NCBI GenBank assembly: GCA_963803975.1
Contig: CAWDOY010000053.1
Span: 89,466-153,465 of the forward strand
Length of the DNA stretch: 64,000 nt
Direction of reading: 5' to 3'
DNA from: an uncultured delta proteobacterium
GTDB taxonomy: Bacteria; Desulfobacterota; WTBG01; CAIYCZ01
Shown here: positions 1 to 10,018 of the stretch, one piece after another
Position numbering within the stretch: position 1 is the first letter of the stretch
How the letters are laid out: every line of letters starts with the position of its first letter
Notes under the pieces: generated by a model
The model's input: only the letters and a program-made list of their open reading frames with translations
Database searches by the model: none
Told to the model about the DNA's origin: nothing
Position numbers and translations under genes: made by a program

Positions 1-717
1 TTTGCACAGACAGATTCAACCAACCGGATTGCCAAAGAAATGGCTGCTCAAGGAGCAGCAGAGGGCACACTGGTTATTGCCGAAGAGCAGACAGGCGGGC
101 GCGGACGCATGGACCGGACGTGGGTTTCAGCCCCGTTCAGCAGTATTTTATGCTCAATCATTTTTTATCCCGGCCTGGGCCCTTCTTCCCTGTTCAGGCT
201 GACGATGATGGCATCAGTGGCAGTGGTCAGGGCAATAGAGGTGGTCTGCAAGCTCCCGGCACAGATAAAGTGGCCAAATGATGTGTACATCGGGAATAAA
301 AAAGTCTGCGGAATTCTCACCGAATTTGCGGCAGAGCGCGACCGGGTGCAGTATGCCGTGGTCGGTATAGGAATTAATGTTAATGACGAATTCAGGAGCG
401 CCCCTGAGCTTGCCGGCATAGCGACATCGCTCAAGAACGAATGCGGCCGAACGATCTCACGGCGAGCGCTGCTGCAGCAGCTCCTTGAAGAGCTTGATCG
501 CGGCTATGAAACACTTCTGCAGGGCAGTGTTGTTGAGCTGAAGACACTCTGGGAGCAGCACTCCATGATACTGAACAGAAAAGTTACTATTGCGTCGGCA
601 CAGGACCTCATGGAAGGAACTGCCCGGGGGATTACCGATGACGGCCATCTTCTTCTGGAAGATGTGAGCGGCACCATACGGGAGATTGTGAGCGGCGATG
701 TGTCGTTGCGGATGTAA
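1..717 (+). CDS. birA: biotin--[acetyl-CoA-carboxylase] ligase (5' truncated by window)
   Basis: AEEQTGGRGR, KWPND and KVCGIL motifs; adjacent to bioB. Confidence 0.95.
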   Translation, partial: FAQTDSTNRIAKEMAAQGAAEGTLVIAEEQTGGRGRMDRTWVSAPFSSILCSIIFYPGLGPSSLFRLTMMASVAVVRAIEVVCKLPAQIKWPNDVYIGNKKVCGILTEFAAERDRVQYAVVGIGINVNDEFRSAPELAGIATSLKNECGRTISRRALLQQLLEELDRGYETLLQGSVVELKTLWEQHSMILNRKVTIASAQDLMEGTARGITDDGHLLLEDVSGTIREIVSGDVSLRM

Positions 718-746
718 GAAGGGCTGACAGCTGACAGCTATGTGTC

Positions 747-1790
747 ATGTATCATCTTTCTTTGCCCGGTTACTTTATGAGCAGAAATAAGATTTCAGCA
801 TTGTACTCATTTTTACAGAACCTGACAGAGCGCATTGTATCCGGCGGTGCTGCCACGCGGCGTGATGCGGAAAAAATTGTCTCCCTGCATGACCAACATG
901 ATATCGTCATGCTGGCCGCGCATGCAAATGTCCTGAGAAACCATTTCACGGGGTCCTGCATCAAGCTCTGTGCCATTGTTAACGCAAAATCCGGCCGCTG
1001 CTCTGAAGACTGCATATTCTGCGCACAGTCAGCCCATTACAGTACTGACGTTAAGACCTATCCGCTGCTGGCGGCAGAAGATGTTGTGGCCGGTGCTCAG
1101 GCAGCCAGAACGGAGGGAGCAGGCCATTTCAGTATCGTTACCAGCGGCAAGGGCATTACCAGCGCCGGGGAAATAATAACACTATGCGACTATGTCAAAG
1201 CGATCGCACTGCTTGAGCCGCTTATTCCGTGTGCTTCTCTCGGTGTGCTCTCGCGGCAGGAATTGCTCATGCTGCGGGAGGCCGGACTCAGGCGCTACCA
1301 TCACAACCTGGAGACCAGCCGGAGCCATTTTAGCGCCATTTGTTCAACCCATTCCTATGATGACCGGGTGCGGACAATCCGCACGGCACAGGAGGCAGGC
1401 CTTGAGGTGTGCGCGGGAGGGATTCTGGGAATGGGCGAGACCCCGCAGCAATTGATTGAGCTTGCATTTACCTTAAGAGAGCTGAACGTTGAGAGCGTGC
1501 CGCTCAATTTTTTAAATCCCATTGCCGGCACGCCGGCCGCGCGCTATGGCCTGCTGCAGCCGCTGGAGATACTGAAAAGCATTTCCCTGTTCCGGTTTGT
1601 CCTGCCGGATAAGGAGATCAGAATCTGCGGCGGCCGGGAGACCGGGCTGCGCACGCTGCAGCCTTTGATGTATATGGCCGGAGCCAGCGGCACCATGATT
1701 GGCAATTACCTGACCACGTCAGGCCGCGCCCCGGCAGTAGATGTGCAGGAAATTCATGATCTCGCCCTGACCATAGGGCCCATGCCGTAA
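747..1790 (+). CDS. bioB: biotin synthase
   Basis: Radical SAM motif CSEDCIFCAQS, YHHNLET, GNYLTT. Confidence 0.95.
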   Translation: MYHLSLPGYFMSRNKISALYSFLQNLTERIVSGGAATRRDAEKIVSLHDQHDIVMLAAHANVLRNHFTGSCIKLCAIVNAKSGRCSEDCIFCAQSAHYSTDVKTYPLLAAEDVVAGAQAARTEGAGHFSIVTSGKGITSAGEIITLCDYVKAIALLEPLIPCASLGVLSRQELLMLREAGLRRYHHNLETSRSHFSAICSTHSYDDRVRTIRTAQEAGLEVCAGGILGMGETPQQLIELAFTLRELNVESVPLNFLNPIAGTPAARYGLLQPLEILKSISLFRFVLPDKEIRICGGRETGLRTLQPLMYMAGASGTMIGNYLTTSGRAPAVDVQEIHDLALTIGPMP

Positions 1791-1791
1791 C

Positions 1792-3225
1792 ATGAGCACC
1801 ACTGCCGCAACGCTCTGCATACAGGAACTCGGTCCCTATGATTCATGGGAGAAAATTCCTGAAAAACTGCTTGCCCGGCCGTACAGCTTTTTTCTTGACA
1901 GCGCCGGCGGGAGATTTCCCGGCGCGCGCTATTCCTTTTTGGGGAGCGACCCGTTTCTTGTTTTTAAATGCACGGGCCGGGACATAACCCTTGAGCAAAA
2001 CGGCCAGGAGAGAAGGCTCAGGGAAGATCCGTTTGTCTTCTTAAAGAGCCTCATGGGCAGCTTCAAGGTGGAGACAGAAACACCGCCAGCTCCGTTTATC
2101 GGCGGCGCGGTGGGCTATTTCGGTTATGACCTGGCGCGGATAATTGAAACAGTACCGGATACGGCGTGCTCCGATATCGTGGTGCCTGACTGCTGTCTTG
2201 GTTTTTACAGCGCGGCTATTATAGTAGATCATCATGAGCGGAAGGTGTGGATAGCCTCCTCAGGGCTCCCCGAAGAAACCAAGTCACTGCAGCGCGCCAA
2301 AGCGCAGGAAGATATTGAGCATATCTCATCACTGCTTGCAGATAACAGCGCGGCAGCCTGCTGTAATACGGAAAAAGAGTCCTCCTATCCTGCAGCTGTT
2401 CTCTCGGCTCATTTTGACCGGGAGTCATACTGTCGAGCGATTGCAACCGCAAAACACCATATCGCGGAAGGCGATATTTATCAGGTCAATCTGTCACAGC
2501 GGTATTCCTGCCCGGCATCTATTCCCCCGTTCGCTCTTTTCAAGCGGCTGCGCACGGTCAGCCCGGCGCCGTTCGGGGCTTTTTTTAACGGGGGAGATCA
2601 TCACATCATCTGTTCATCTCCTGAACGGTTTTTGCGCATCTCCGGGAGAATAATTGAGACCCGGCCCATAAAAGGGACCAGGCCGCGCGGGGCAACCGAG
2701 ACTGAAGACCGGCGCCTGCGCGATGAGCTCCTGGCAAGCGCTAAAGACCGTGCTGAACTCATCATGATTGTTGATCTGGAGCGAAATGACCTGGGCAGGG
2801 TGTGCCGGTTCGGCAGCATTCAGACATCAGAGCTCATCAGCCTTGAAACACACCCGGTGGTTCATCACCTGGTCGCAACCATCCGGGGCGAACTTGCTGT
2901 TGGCTATGATCATGTTGATTGCCTGCGCGCCTGTTTTCCCGGCGGCTCCATTACCGGCGCGCCCAAAATACGCGCCATGGAGATCATCGAGGAGCTTGAA
3001 CCGTGCAGACGAAAGGTCTATACTGGATCATTGGGATATCTTGGCTTTAACGGCGAATCAGATTTAAATATCCTTATCCGCACCATACTGCATGCGCATG
3101 ACTCATACTATTTTCACGTGGGCGGGGGCATTGTTGCCGATTCAGTGCCGGACCTGGAATATGAAGAAACCCTCCACAAGGCGCGGGGCATCATGGAAGC
3201 GCTGGGGATGACATGCAGCACATGA
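1792..3225 (+). CDS. pabB: aminodeoxychorismate synthase component I
   Basis: SPERFL, PIKGTRPRG, MIVDLERNDL, FPGGSITGAPK; pabC nearby. Confidence 0.9.
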   Translation: MSTTAATLCIQELGPYDSWEKIPEKLLARPYSFFLDSAGGRFPGARYSFLGSDPFLVFKCTGRDITLEQNGQERRLREDPFVFLKSLMGSFKVETETPPAPFIGGAVGYFGYDLARIIETVPDTACSDIVVPDCCLGFYSAAIIVDHHERKVWIASSGLPEETKSLQRAKAQEDIEHISSLLADNSAAACCNTEKESSYPAAVLSAHFDRESYCRAIATAKHHIAEGDIYQVNLSQRYSCPASIPPFALFKRLRTVSPAPFGAFFNGGDHHIICSSPERFLRISGRIIETRPIKGTRPRGATETEDRRLRDELLASAKDRAELIMIVDLERNDLGRVCRFGSIQTSELISLETHPVVHHLVATIRGELAVGYDHVDCLRACFPGGSITGAPKIRAMEIIEELEPCRRKVYTGSLGYLGFNGESDLNILIRTILHAHDSYYFHVGGGIVADSVPDLEYEETLHKARGIMEALGMTCST

Positions 3226-3268
3226 GGGTATTGCCTCAGCTGGAGGAAGGTTATGCCGGGGAGCGCGT

Positions 3269-3700
3269 ATGCTAACAGATAAGGACATACAGGGAATTCT
3301 TGAAAAGTATCACAGCATTGCTGTCTATGGCATGTCAAAGAGCGAGGAAAAACCAGCTCACTACGTGCCGGCCTTCCTCTTATCAAAGGGATATGCTATT
3401 ATTCCGGTGAATCCGTCCGCAGATACCATTATTAATTTAAAATCCTATGCAAGCCTCAGGGATATTCCTGAACGGATTGATGTACTGCAAGTTTTTCGCC
3501 CCTCCGCGCAGGTGCCTGACGTGGTACGGGAAGCTTTGGAGAGACGGCAGGAGCGGGGAGACATTGAGGTGATCTGGCTTCAGGATGGTATTTATAATGA
3601 AGAGGCCCGGAAGCTTGCCGAACGGGCAGGGATTATTGTTATCCAGGACCGGTGCATGATGAAAGAATTTAAGCGGCTTATGCCGTACAACAATAGCTGA
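3269..3700 (+). CDS. CoA-binding protein (YccU-like)
   Basis: IAVYGMS..KPAHYV, PVNP, VFRP, WLQDG, DRCMM. Confidence 0.9.
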   Translation: MLTDKDIQGILEKYHSIAVYGMSKSEEKPAHYVPAFLLSKGYAIIPVNPSADTIINLKSYASLRDIPERIDVLQVFRPSAQVPDVVREALERRQERGDIEVIWLQDGIYNEEARKLAERAGIIVIQDRCMMKEFKRLMPYNNS

Positions 3701-3747
3701 CAGTTGAACGCTACACATTTGATTATTTTTTCAGGGAGGTATCTATC

Positions 3748-4938
3748 ATGGCATTTAAAATCAAAGACAACATCACCTGGGTGGGAAAGATTGACTGGGA
3801 GCTGAGAAAGTTTCACGGCGAAGAGCTCTCCACGCACCGCGGCTCATCGTACAATTCGTATCTGGTACAAGATGCAAAGACCGTTCTGATTGATACGGTC
3901 TGGGGCCCGTTTGACAAAGAGTTTGTAGGGAAGCTGAAGCAGGTAATCGATCTAAAAAAGATTGATTATGTGATCGCCAACCATGGCGAAACCGATCACA
4001 GCGGCAGTCTGCTGGAACTCATGCGCGAGATTCCGGGCACCCCCATCTACTGCACGGCCAATGCCGTTAAATCCCTTAAAGGGCAGTATCATCAGGACTG
4101 GAACTTTCAGGTGGTGAAGACCGGCGACAAGTTGAATATCGGCTCACGGGACCTGATATTCATTGAAGCGCCCATGCTGCACTGGCCCGACAGCATGTTC
4201 TGCTATCTGACCGGCGACAACATCCTGTTCAGCAATGATGCCTTTGGCCAGCACTTTGCTTCAGAGCTCATGTACAATGATCTGGTTGACCAGTGCGAGC
4301 TGTTTCAGGAGGCAATAAAATATTATGCCAATATTCTGACGCCATTCAGCATGCTGGTGGATAAAAAGATCAAAGAAGTCGTCGGCCTTAACCTGCCTGT
4401 GGCCATGATCTGCCCGAGCCACGGGATTATGTGGCGCAAAGACCCGCTGCAGATCGTCAACAAATATGTCCAGTGGGCAAACAATTACCAGGAAAACCAG
4501 ATCACCATTGTTTATGACAGCATGTGGAACGGCACCCGCAAAATGGCAGAGGCGATTGCCGAAGGCATTACCGCGGCGGACAGCAGTGTTACGGTAAAAT
4601 TGTTTCAGTGCGCCCGCTCGGACAAAGCAGATATCATCACCGAGCTTTTCAAGGCCAAGGCAATTCTGGTGGGCTCCCCGACCGTAAACCGGGGCATTCT
4701 CTCTGCGGTCGGCGGTATCCTTGAAGAAGTAAAGGGTCTGGGCTTTAAGAACAAAAAAGCCGCTGCCTTCGGCACCTACGGCTGGAGCGGTGAATCGGTG
4801 AAGATACTTACTGAAAAGCTCAGGGAAGCGGGCCTTGAGGTGCTGCAGGACGGGCTGAGGATAAACTGGAATCCAGACCAGCAGGGCATTGCAAGCTGCA
4901 TTACCCTGGGGAAAGAGGTGGCGGGGAAGGTGAAATAA
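3748..4938 (+). CDS. fprA: flavodiiron protein (O2/NO reductase, FprA family)
   Basis: HGETDHSG, LHWPDSM, SNDAFGQH, PSHG; C-terminal flavodoxin domain. Confidence 0.92.
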   Translation: MAFKIKDNITWVGKIDWELRKFHGEELSTHRGSSYNSYLVQDAKTVLIDTVWGPFDKEFVGKLKQVIDLKKIDYVIANHGETDHSGSLLELMREIPGTPIYCTANAVKSLKGQYHQDWNFQVVKTGDKLNIGSRDLIFIEAPMLHWPDSMFCYLTGDNILFSNDAFGQHFASELMYNDLVDQCELFQEAIKYYANILTPFSMLVDKKIKEVVGLNLPVAMICPSHGIMWRKDPLQIVNKYVQWANNYQENQITIVYDSMWNGTRKMAEAIAEGITAADSSVTVKLFQCARSDKADIITELFKAKAILVGSPTVNRGILSAVGGILEEVKGLGFKNKKAAAFGTYGWSGESVKILTEKLREAGLEVLQDGLRINWNPDQQGIASCITLGKEVAGKVK

Positions 4939-5019
4939 GATTTTTTATTTACAATCCCCTTGATTTCATTTTACTACAGGGACCGGGGGGATTGTACAAG
5001 GTAAATAAGAGGGGCTGTT

Positions 5020-5436
5020 ATGTCCGCTCCGCAGGAGATTGTTGATTTAGTTGGGCGGTTTGAGCGCAACCGTGAGGCGTATACCTCAGGGCAGTATAAT
5101 GAGACACAGCTGAGAAGAGAATTCCTCGACCCGTTCTTTGAGGTGCTCGGCTGGGATGTGAATAATAAAAAGGGTCACGCTGAGGCATATAAAGATGTCA
5201 TCCACGAGGACGCCATAAAAATCGGAGGCTTCACCAAAGCCCCTGACTACTGCTTTCGCATTGGCGGGGTCAGGAAGTTTTTTGTTGAAGCAAAAAAGCC
5301 CTCAGTAAACCTCAAAGATGACATAAGCCCTGCCTTTCAACTGCGCCGCTATGCCTGGTCAGCCCGCCTGCCTTTAAGTATCCTCGCTGAAATTAAAATT
5401 GAAAAATCAAGTGATTCAAGGTACTATACTGCATGA
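5020..5436 (+). pseudogene. N-terminal fragment of a type IIG-like restriction-modification enzyme
   Basis: NETQLRREFLDPFF, PDY..FVEAKKP, QLRRYAWS nuclease domain; ends after 138 aa with no methyltransferase part. Confidence 0.75.
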
Positions 5437-5630
5437 TGAAACGAACTATGCCCATTGCCATAGTTGATAAAGAAGACCAGAAGGCAACCAGTTTCTTCTG
5501 GCTGCAGAAGTCCCCTGAAGAACGGCTCAGCGCGGTTGAATTTTTAAGGGAGCAGTTTTACAGCATACAGGGCTACACAAGCCTTCCGCGAATGGTTTTC
5601 AGCATTACTATCCGGGACAGAAAACCATGA
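5433..5630 (+). CDS. small hypothetical protein, probable partner of the downstream nucleotidyltransferase
   Basis: 65 aa, FWLQKSPEERLSAVEFLR; ATGA overlap with next gene. Confidence 0.6.
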   Translation: MMKRTMPIAIVDKEDQKATSFFWLQKSPEERLSAVEFLREQFYSIQGYTSLPRMVFSITIRDRKP

Positions 5631-6070
5631 ACGTGCATCCTGATTTCAGTGATTTTATTAAGGCTCTAAAACAGCATGAAGTGCAATTTGTCATTGTGGG
5701 TGCTTTTGCGCTTGCATTTCATGGCCAGCCCCGTTCCACGGGAGATTTGGATGTCTGGATTCAACCAACCCCGGCCAATGCAAAGGCTTTACTTGATGCT
5801 CTAAGCACATTTGGCTTCCAGTCATTATCCATTGCTGAACAGGATATACTCTCGGGGAAAATAATTCAGCTTGGATTTCCTCCGGTAAGAATTGACCTGC
5901 TTTCAGCCCTTGATGGGTTAACGTCTGATGAGATATGGGCGGGCCGCGCATCCGGGAAATTAGGGGATCATGAAATATGGTATTTAGGGAAGGAAGCTTT
6001 TATTAAGAATAAGAAGGCCGTAGGACGACACAAGGACCTTGCTGACATAGAATCGCTATCAGGTTTTTAA
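5627..6070 (+). CDS. minimal nucleotidyltransferase-family protein
   Basis: VGAFALAFHGQPRSTGDLDVW; C-terminal NKKAVGRHKDLADIE. Confidence 0.8.
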   Translation: MNVHPDFSDFIKALKQHEVQFVIVGAFALAFHGQPRSTGDLDVWIQPTPANAKALLDALSTFGFQSLSIAEQDILSGKIIQLGFPPVRIDLLSALDGLTSDEIWAGRASGKLGDHEIWYLGKEAFIKNKKAVGRHKDLADIESLSGF

Positions 6071-6086
6071 AAAAGTAGTTTTCTCC

Positions 6087-6211
6087 CAGGCTGGTCAAAA
6101 ACATCCGGATGCAAGGCGCGCGAAATCGTGAGGAATGAGGCGTACGTTACCGTACGTCGCAATGACGAAGGATGAGCGCAACGAAGCAGATGGGTATTTT
6201 TCAACAGCCTG
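6087..6211 (+). repeat. 125 bp MITE-like repeat, copy 1
   Basis: Imperfect terminal inverted repeats caggctggtcaaaaa...tttttcaacagcctg; close copies at 28930-29054 and 37741-37864. Confidence 0.85.
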
Positions 6212-6313
6212 CTGGAATAATTATGAGCCTTTGTGATCAAGGCACCCTTTAAAAAAAGCTTCCCCAGCCCCTCTTGCCCAAAGAGGGGCATTGTTTATAC
6301 AAAGGATTAATTC

Positions 6314-7184
6314 TTGGAGCGGATTGTATATTACAACGGTGTTTTTGCACCTGAAAACAGCGTGTCTATATCGCCATGCAACCGCGGGCTTCTGTATGGG
6401 GACGGTCTTTTTGAAACGATGCGGGCCTACGGCGGGCGCGTTTTCCGGCTTTCGCAGCACCTGGAAAGATTAGCTGATGGTTTATTGGTGCTGCGTATAG
6501 AGCCATGCTCGCCAGCTGCCGATATAGAGCGCGCAGTATATGAACTGCTCGGATCGCAACAAACTGTCTGATGCATCAATCCGCCTCACGCTCTTCAGAG
6601 GCGACGGTGAAGGCTTTGAGCCGCAAAACGATCGCGCGTCATCGCTTCTGATATCTGCACGACAGTTTGGTAATTACCGCGCGGAAGATTATGCGCAGGG
6701 GTTTCGTGTGCATATGGTTTCCATGCGCAGAAATCTCTATTCGCCGCTTTCGCGCATAAAGAGCATCAACTATCTTGATAACATTCTGGGCCGGTTTGAG
6801 GCGCGCGATAACAATGCGCAGGAGGCGCTTTTTCTGAACAGCAACGGCTGGGTGGCAGAGGGTGCAACCGCAAATATCTTTATGCTCAAGAATAAAACAG
6901 TTATAACGCCGCCTGCTGACGCGGGCATCCTTCCCGGTATCACCCGCGCTGCAGTCCTTGAGATTGCGCGCAGCATCAATTGGGCAGTACAAGAACAGAC
7001 CTTTTCCCCTGAGGAACTGCTGCGCTCGGATGAGGCATTTTTAACCAACTCCCTGATGGAGATCATGCCCCTGGTCATGGTGGATGAGCGTCCCGTGGGG
7101 AGCGGCATTCCCGGTCCGCTGACAAGAGCCCTGCATCAGCACTACCGGGAGCTGGTAGGAAAGGAACTGCAGCTATCTATATGA
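6314..7184 (+). CDS. pabC: class IV aminotransferase / aminodeoxychorismate lyase (frameshift near 6560)
   Basis: YGDGLFETMR in ORF 6314-6571; KSINYL, EGATANIF and LPGITR in ORF 6540-7184. Confidence 0.8.
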
Positions 7185-7768
7185 AGGTTACCGACGCCAA
7201 TTTTATAAAGAGTGTCTATCATCTGCCGGATCTGCCAAAGCCGCTGCTCCCTGAGCTTGCCTTTTCCGGCCGGTCAAATGTCGGAAAATCATCCCTTATC
7301 AACGTGCTTCTCAACCGCAAAGGCTTTGCCAAAACAAGCTCCACACCCGGCCGGACCCAGTCCATCAATTTCATGGAAATAAACAGCTCCTTCTATTTTG
7401 TGGACCTGCCCGGCTACGGCTATGCCAATGTTCCCCTTGCGGTACGGAAAAAATGGCAGCCCCTGATAGAAGGGTATCTGGCACAGCGCACTACGCTGCG
7501 TTTGCTGGTGCTGCTTGCTGATATCAGGCGGGAGCCGCAGGAGGATGAGGAGCTGTTTGTCGCGTGGCTCAAACAGCTTGACATTCCCTTATTGGTTGTA
7601 TTGACAAAAATCGATAAGGTTAAGAAAAACAGTCAGGTTACTTCGCTCAGGCAATGGCAGAAGCGCTTGGACATTGATGAAAAAATTGTTCTGTTTTCAG
7701 CGGTGACTGGTGAGGGCAAAGAAAAAATATGGCGCTATCTGGACCTGTCGCTGCGCACGGTTAAATAA
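7181..7768 (+). CDS. yihA: ribosome biogenesis GTPase YihA/EngB
   Basis: GRSNVGKSS, DLPGYG, TKID. Confidence 0.95.
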   Translation: MKVTDANFIKSVYHLPDLPKPLLPELAFSGRSNVGKSSLINVLLNRKGFAKTSSTPGRTQSINFMEINSSFYFVDLPGYGYANVPLAVRKKWQPLIEGYLAQRTTLRLLVLLADIRREPQEDEELFVAWLKQLDIPLLVVLTKIDKVKKNSQVTSLRQWQKRLDIDEKIVLFSAVTGEGKEKIWRYLDLSLRTVK

Positions 7769-7873
7769 CTTGACTGATTTCATGGTTTTAATTATAAACT
7801 TAACATCTTGAATTAAGTTTTTTGTATTAACAAAGAAACGATTACATTAAAAATCACAAAAATTGAGGTTGTC

Positions 7874-8605
7874 ATGAAAGGAATCATTCTCGCTGGGGGA
7901 CTGGGCACACGGATGTCGCCTTTGACCAGAATTACCAATAAACATCTGCTGCCGGTATATGACAAACCCATGATTTATTATCCCATCCAGACGCTGGTGA
8001 ATGCAGGGATCAGGGATATTCTCATTGTCACGGGCGGTAATAATGCAGGAGACTTCCTGCGGCTTCTGGGCAATGGTAAAAAAGATTTCGGCCTTGAGCA
8101 TATCAACTACACCTATCAGGAGGGCGAGGGCGGCATTGCTGAAGCACTCAGGCTTGCGGAGTTTTTTGCGGATCAGAACCCGATCTGTGTGGTGCTGGGG
8201 GATAACATTATTGAAAAAAATATTAACCAGGCAGTAAAGAACTTTGAAAAACAGAAATCAGGGGCCAAGATCCTTTTGCAGGAAGTTGCTGACCCGGAGC
8301 GTTTTGGTGTGCCCCGTCTGGACGGGGATAAGGTGGTGGAGATTATCGAGAAGCCTGAAGCGCCGCCTTCCCATTATGCGGTCATCGGCATTTACCTGTA
8401 TGATAACAGCGTGTTTGATATTATAAAAACCCTGAAGCCTTCCGGCAGAGGTGAGCTTGAAATCACTGATGTCAATAACGCCTACATCGACCGCGGCAGC
8501 ATGACCTATGAAATTCTTGACGGGTGGTGGACTGATGCGGGAACCTTTGACTCCCTGCTCCGGGCAAGCAACCTGGTGGCAAAAACAGGAGCGAACAACA
8601 AGTAA
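7874..8605 (+). CDS. rfbA: glucose-1-phosphate thymidylyltransferase (short RfbA/SpsI type)
   Basis: LAGGLGTR, KHLLPVYDKPMI, SGRGELEITD, WTDAGT. Confidence 0.88.
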   Translation: MKGIILAGGLGTRMSPLTRITNKHLLPVYDKPMIYYPIQTLVNAGIRDILIVTGGNNAGDFLRLLGNGKKDFGLEHINYTYQEGEGGIAEALRLAEFFADQNPICVVLGDNIIEKNINQAVKNFEKQKSGAKILLQEVADPERFGVPRLDGDKVVEIIEKPEAPPSHYAVIGIYLYDNSVFDIIKTLKPSGRGELEITDVNNAYIDRGSMTYEILDGWWTDAGTFDSLLRASNLVAKTGANNK

Positions 8606-8607
8606 CA

Positions 8608-8853
8608 GGGGTCCCGCGGCCAGGGGGTCGATGGTCCAGGTTAATGAATTCTAAAACACTGGCAAACCCCGAGCCCTCAAAACCTTCTATTGCTGGGAGA
8701 ATCATGCTTGACGGCGTAACGACCAGAAAAGCTGAGGGTAATTGCGGCGGAAGCTCCGGTCGTCAACTGTCCCCGCCGAGGCCTGCCGTCATCAAGGCCC
8801 GGATGAATACCGCGTCGACCCCCATGATCCGTTGACCCCCTGTGACGGGACCC
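8608..8853. ncRNA. putative structured RNA or inverted-repeat-bounded element between rfbA and rfbB
   Basis: Ends complementary (gggtccc/gggaccc; cagggggtcgatgg/ccgttgaccccctg) with several internal complementary pairs; no convincing ORF. Confidence 0.5.
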
Positions 8854-8899
8854 GGCAAGACGGATAACAACTGACTAACCATTTGAGAGAGCTGCGCGT

Positions 8900-9925
8900 A
8901 TGAAAATTCTTATTACCGGTGGAGCGGGATTTATTGGTTCTAATTTTATTAGCTATATACTGAAAACACATCCTGACCACCGGGTTGTGAATCTTGATGC
9001 ATTGACCTATGCCGGGAACCTGGAAAATCTGCGCACTGTCGCTGAAGCTGAAGGCAGCGGCCCACACGCTCGCTATCAGTTCGTCAAAGGTGACATCAGG
9101 GATGTACAACTGGTTGACCGCATCGTTGCTGATGGCGTTGAAGCCATTATTAATTTCGCTGCCGAATCCCATGTTGACCGCAGCATAGACAACGCTGGTA
9201 TTTTTATTGAAACCAATGTCCTGGGAACACAGGTGCTGCTTGATGCAGCGCTCCGGCACCAGGTGCAGCGCTATGTCCAGATTTCAACTGATGAGGTCTA
9301 CGGGTCTCTGGGGCCGACCGGGAAATTCACCGAGTCAACACCCATTGCCCCCAACAGCCCTTATTCTGCGAGCAAGGCAGGCGCAGATCTGCTGGTACGC
9401 TCCTACTATGAAACATTTAAGCTGCCGGCCCTTATTACCCGCTGTTCAAACAACTACGGTCCCTATCAGTTCCCGGAAAAACTTATTCCGCTCTTTATTA
9501 CCAATGCGCTCAGCGACCAGCAGCTTCCCCTCTATGGTGACGGGCTTAATGTGCGCGACTGGATTCATGTAGAAGACCACTGCGCGGCAATTGACTGCGT
9601 GCTGCATCGGGGAACCCCGGGCGAGGTCTATAATATCGGCGGCAATTGCGAAAAGACCAACCGTGAAATTACCCGCATCATCCTGCAGGAGCTTGACAAG
9701 CCCGAGTCATTGATCCGTTTTGTTAAAGACCGTCCGGGCCATGACCGCCGCTATGCCATTGATTGTACCAAAATCATGCAGGAGCTGGGGTGGGCACAGA
9801 ACTATAATTTCCAGACCGGCATGCAGGAGACCGTTACCTGGTATAACCATAATCGCGAGTGGTGGACCAGAGTTAAGAGCGGGGAGTACCGGGACTTTTA
9901 CCAGCGCTGGTATGGAAACCGGTAA
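8900..9925 (+). CDS. rfbB: dTDP-glucose 4,6-dehydratase
   Basis: TGGAGFIGS, AAESHVDRSI, STDEVYG, YSASK. Confidence 0.95.
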   Translation: MKILITGGAGFIGSNFISYILKTHPDHRVVNLDALTYAGNLENLRTVAEAEGSGPHARYQFVKGDIRDVQLVDRIVADGVEAIINFAAESHVDRSIDNAGIFIETNVLGTQVLLDAALRHQVQRYVQISTDEVYGSLGPTGKFTESTPIAPNSPYSASKAGADLLVRSYYETFKLPALITRCSNNYGPYQFPEKLIPLFITNALSDQQLPLYGDGLNVRDWIHVEDHCAAIDCVLHRGTPGEVYNIGGNCEKTNREITRIILQELDKPESLIRFVKDRPGHDRRYAIDCTKIMQELGWAQNYNFQTGMQETVTWYNHNREWWTRVKSGEYRDFYQRWYGNR

Positions 9926-10018
9926 TTGGATGCGAATAGCAGCCCGGTGATTCATGCGACGTATTGCCTGTTCACTTCTCACCCCTTTCTTGAACATTGA
10001 CCCATTGCACAACGATGT

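Noticed and set aside
8640..8830. Group I intron (ggcaaaccccgagcc and ggcgtaacgaccaga resemble Q and R elements) or cobalamin riboswitch
   Set aside because: No matching P4 partner or downstream S element, the element is intergenic, and the B12-box core is absent. Kept only as an unclassified structured element.
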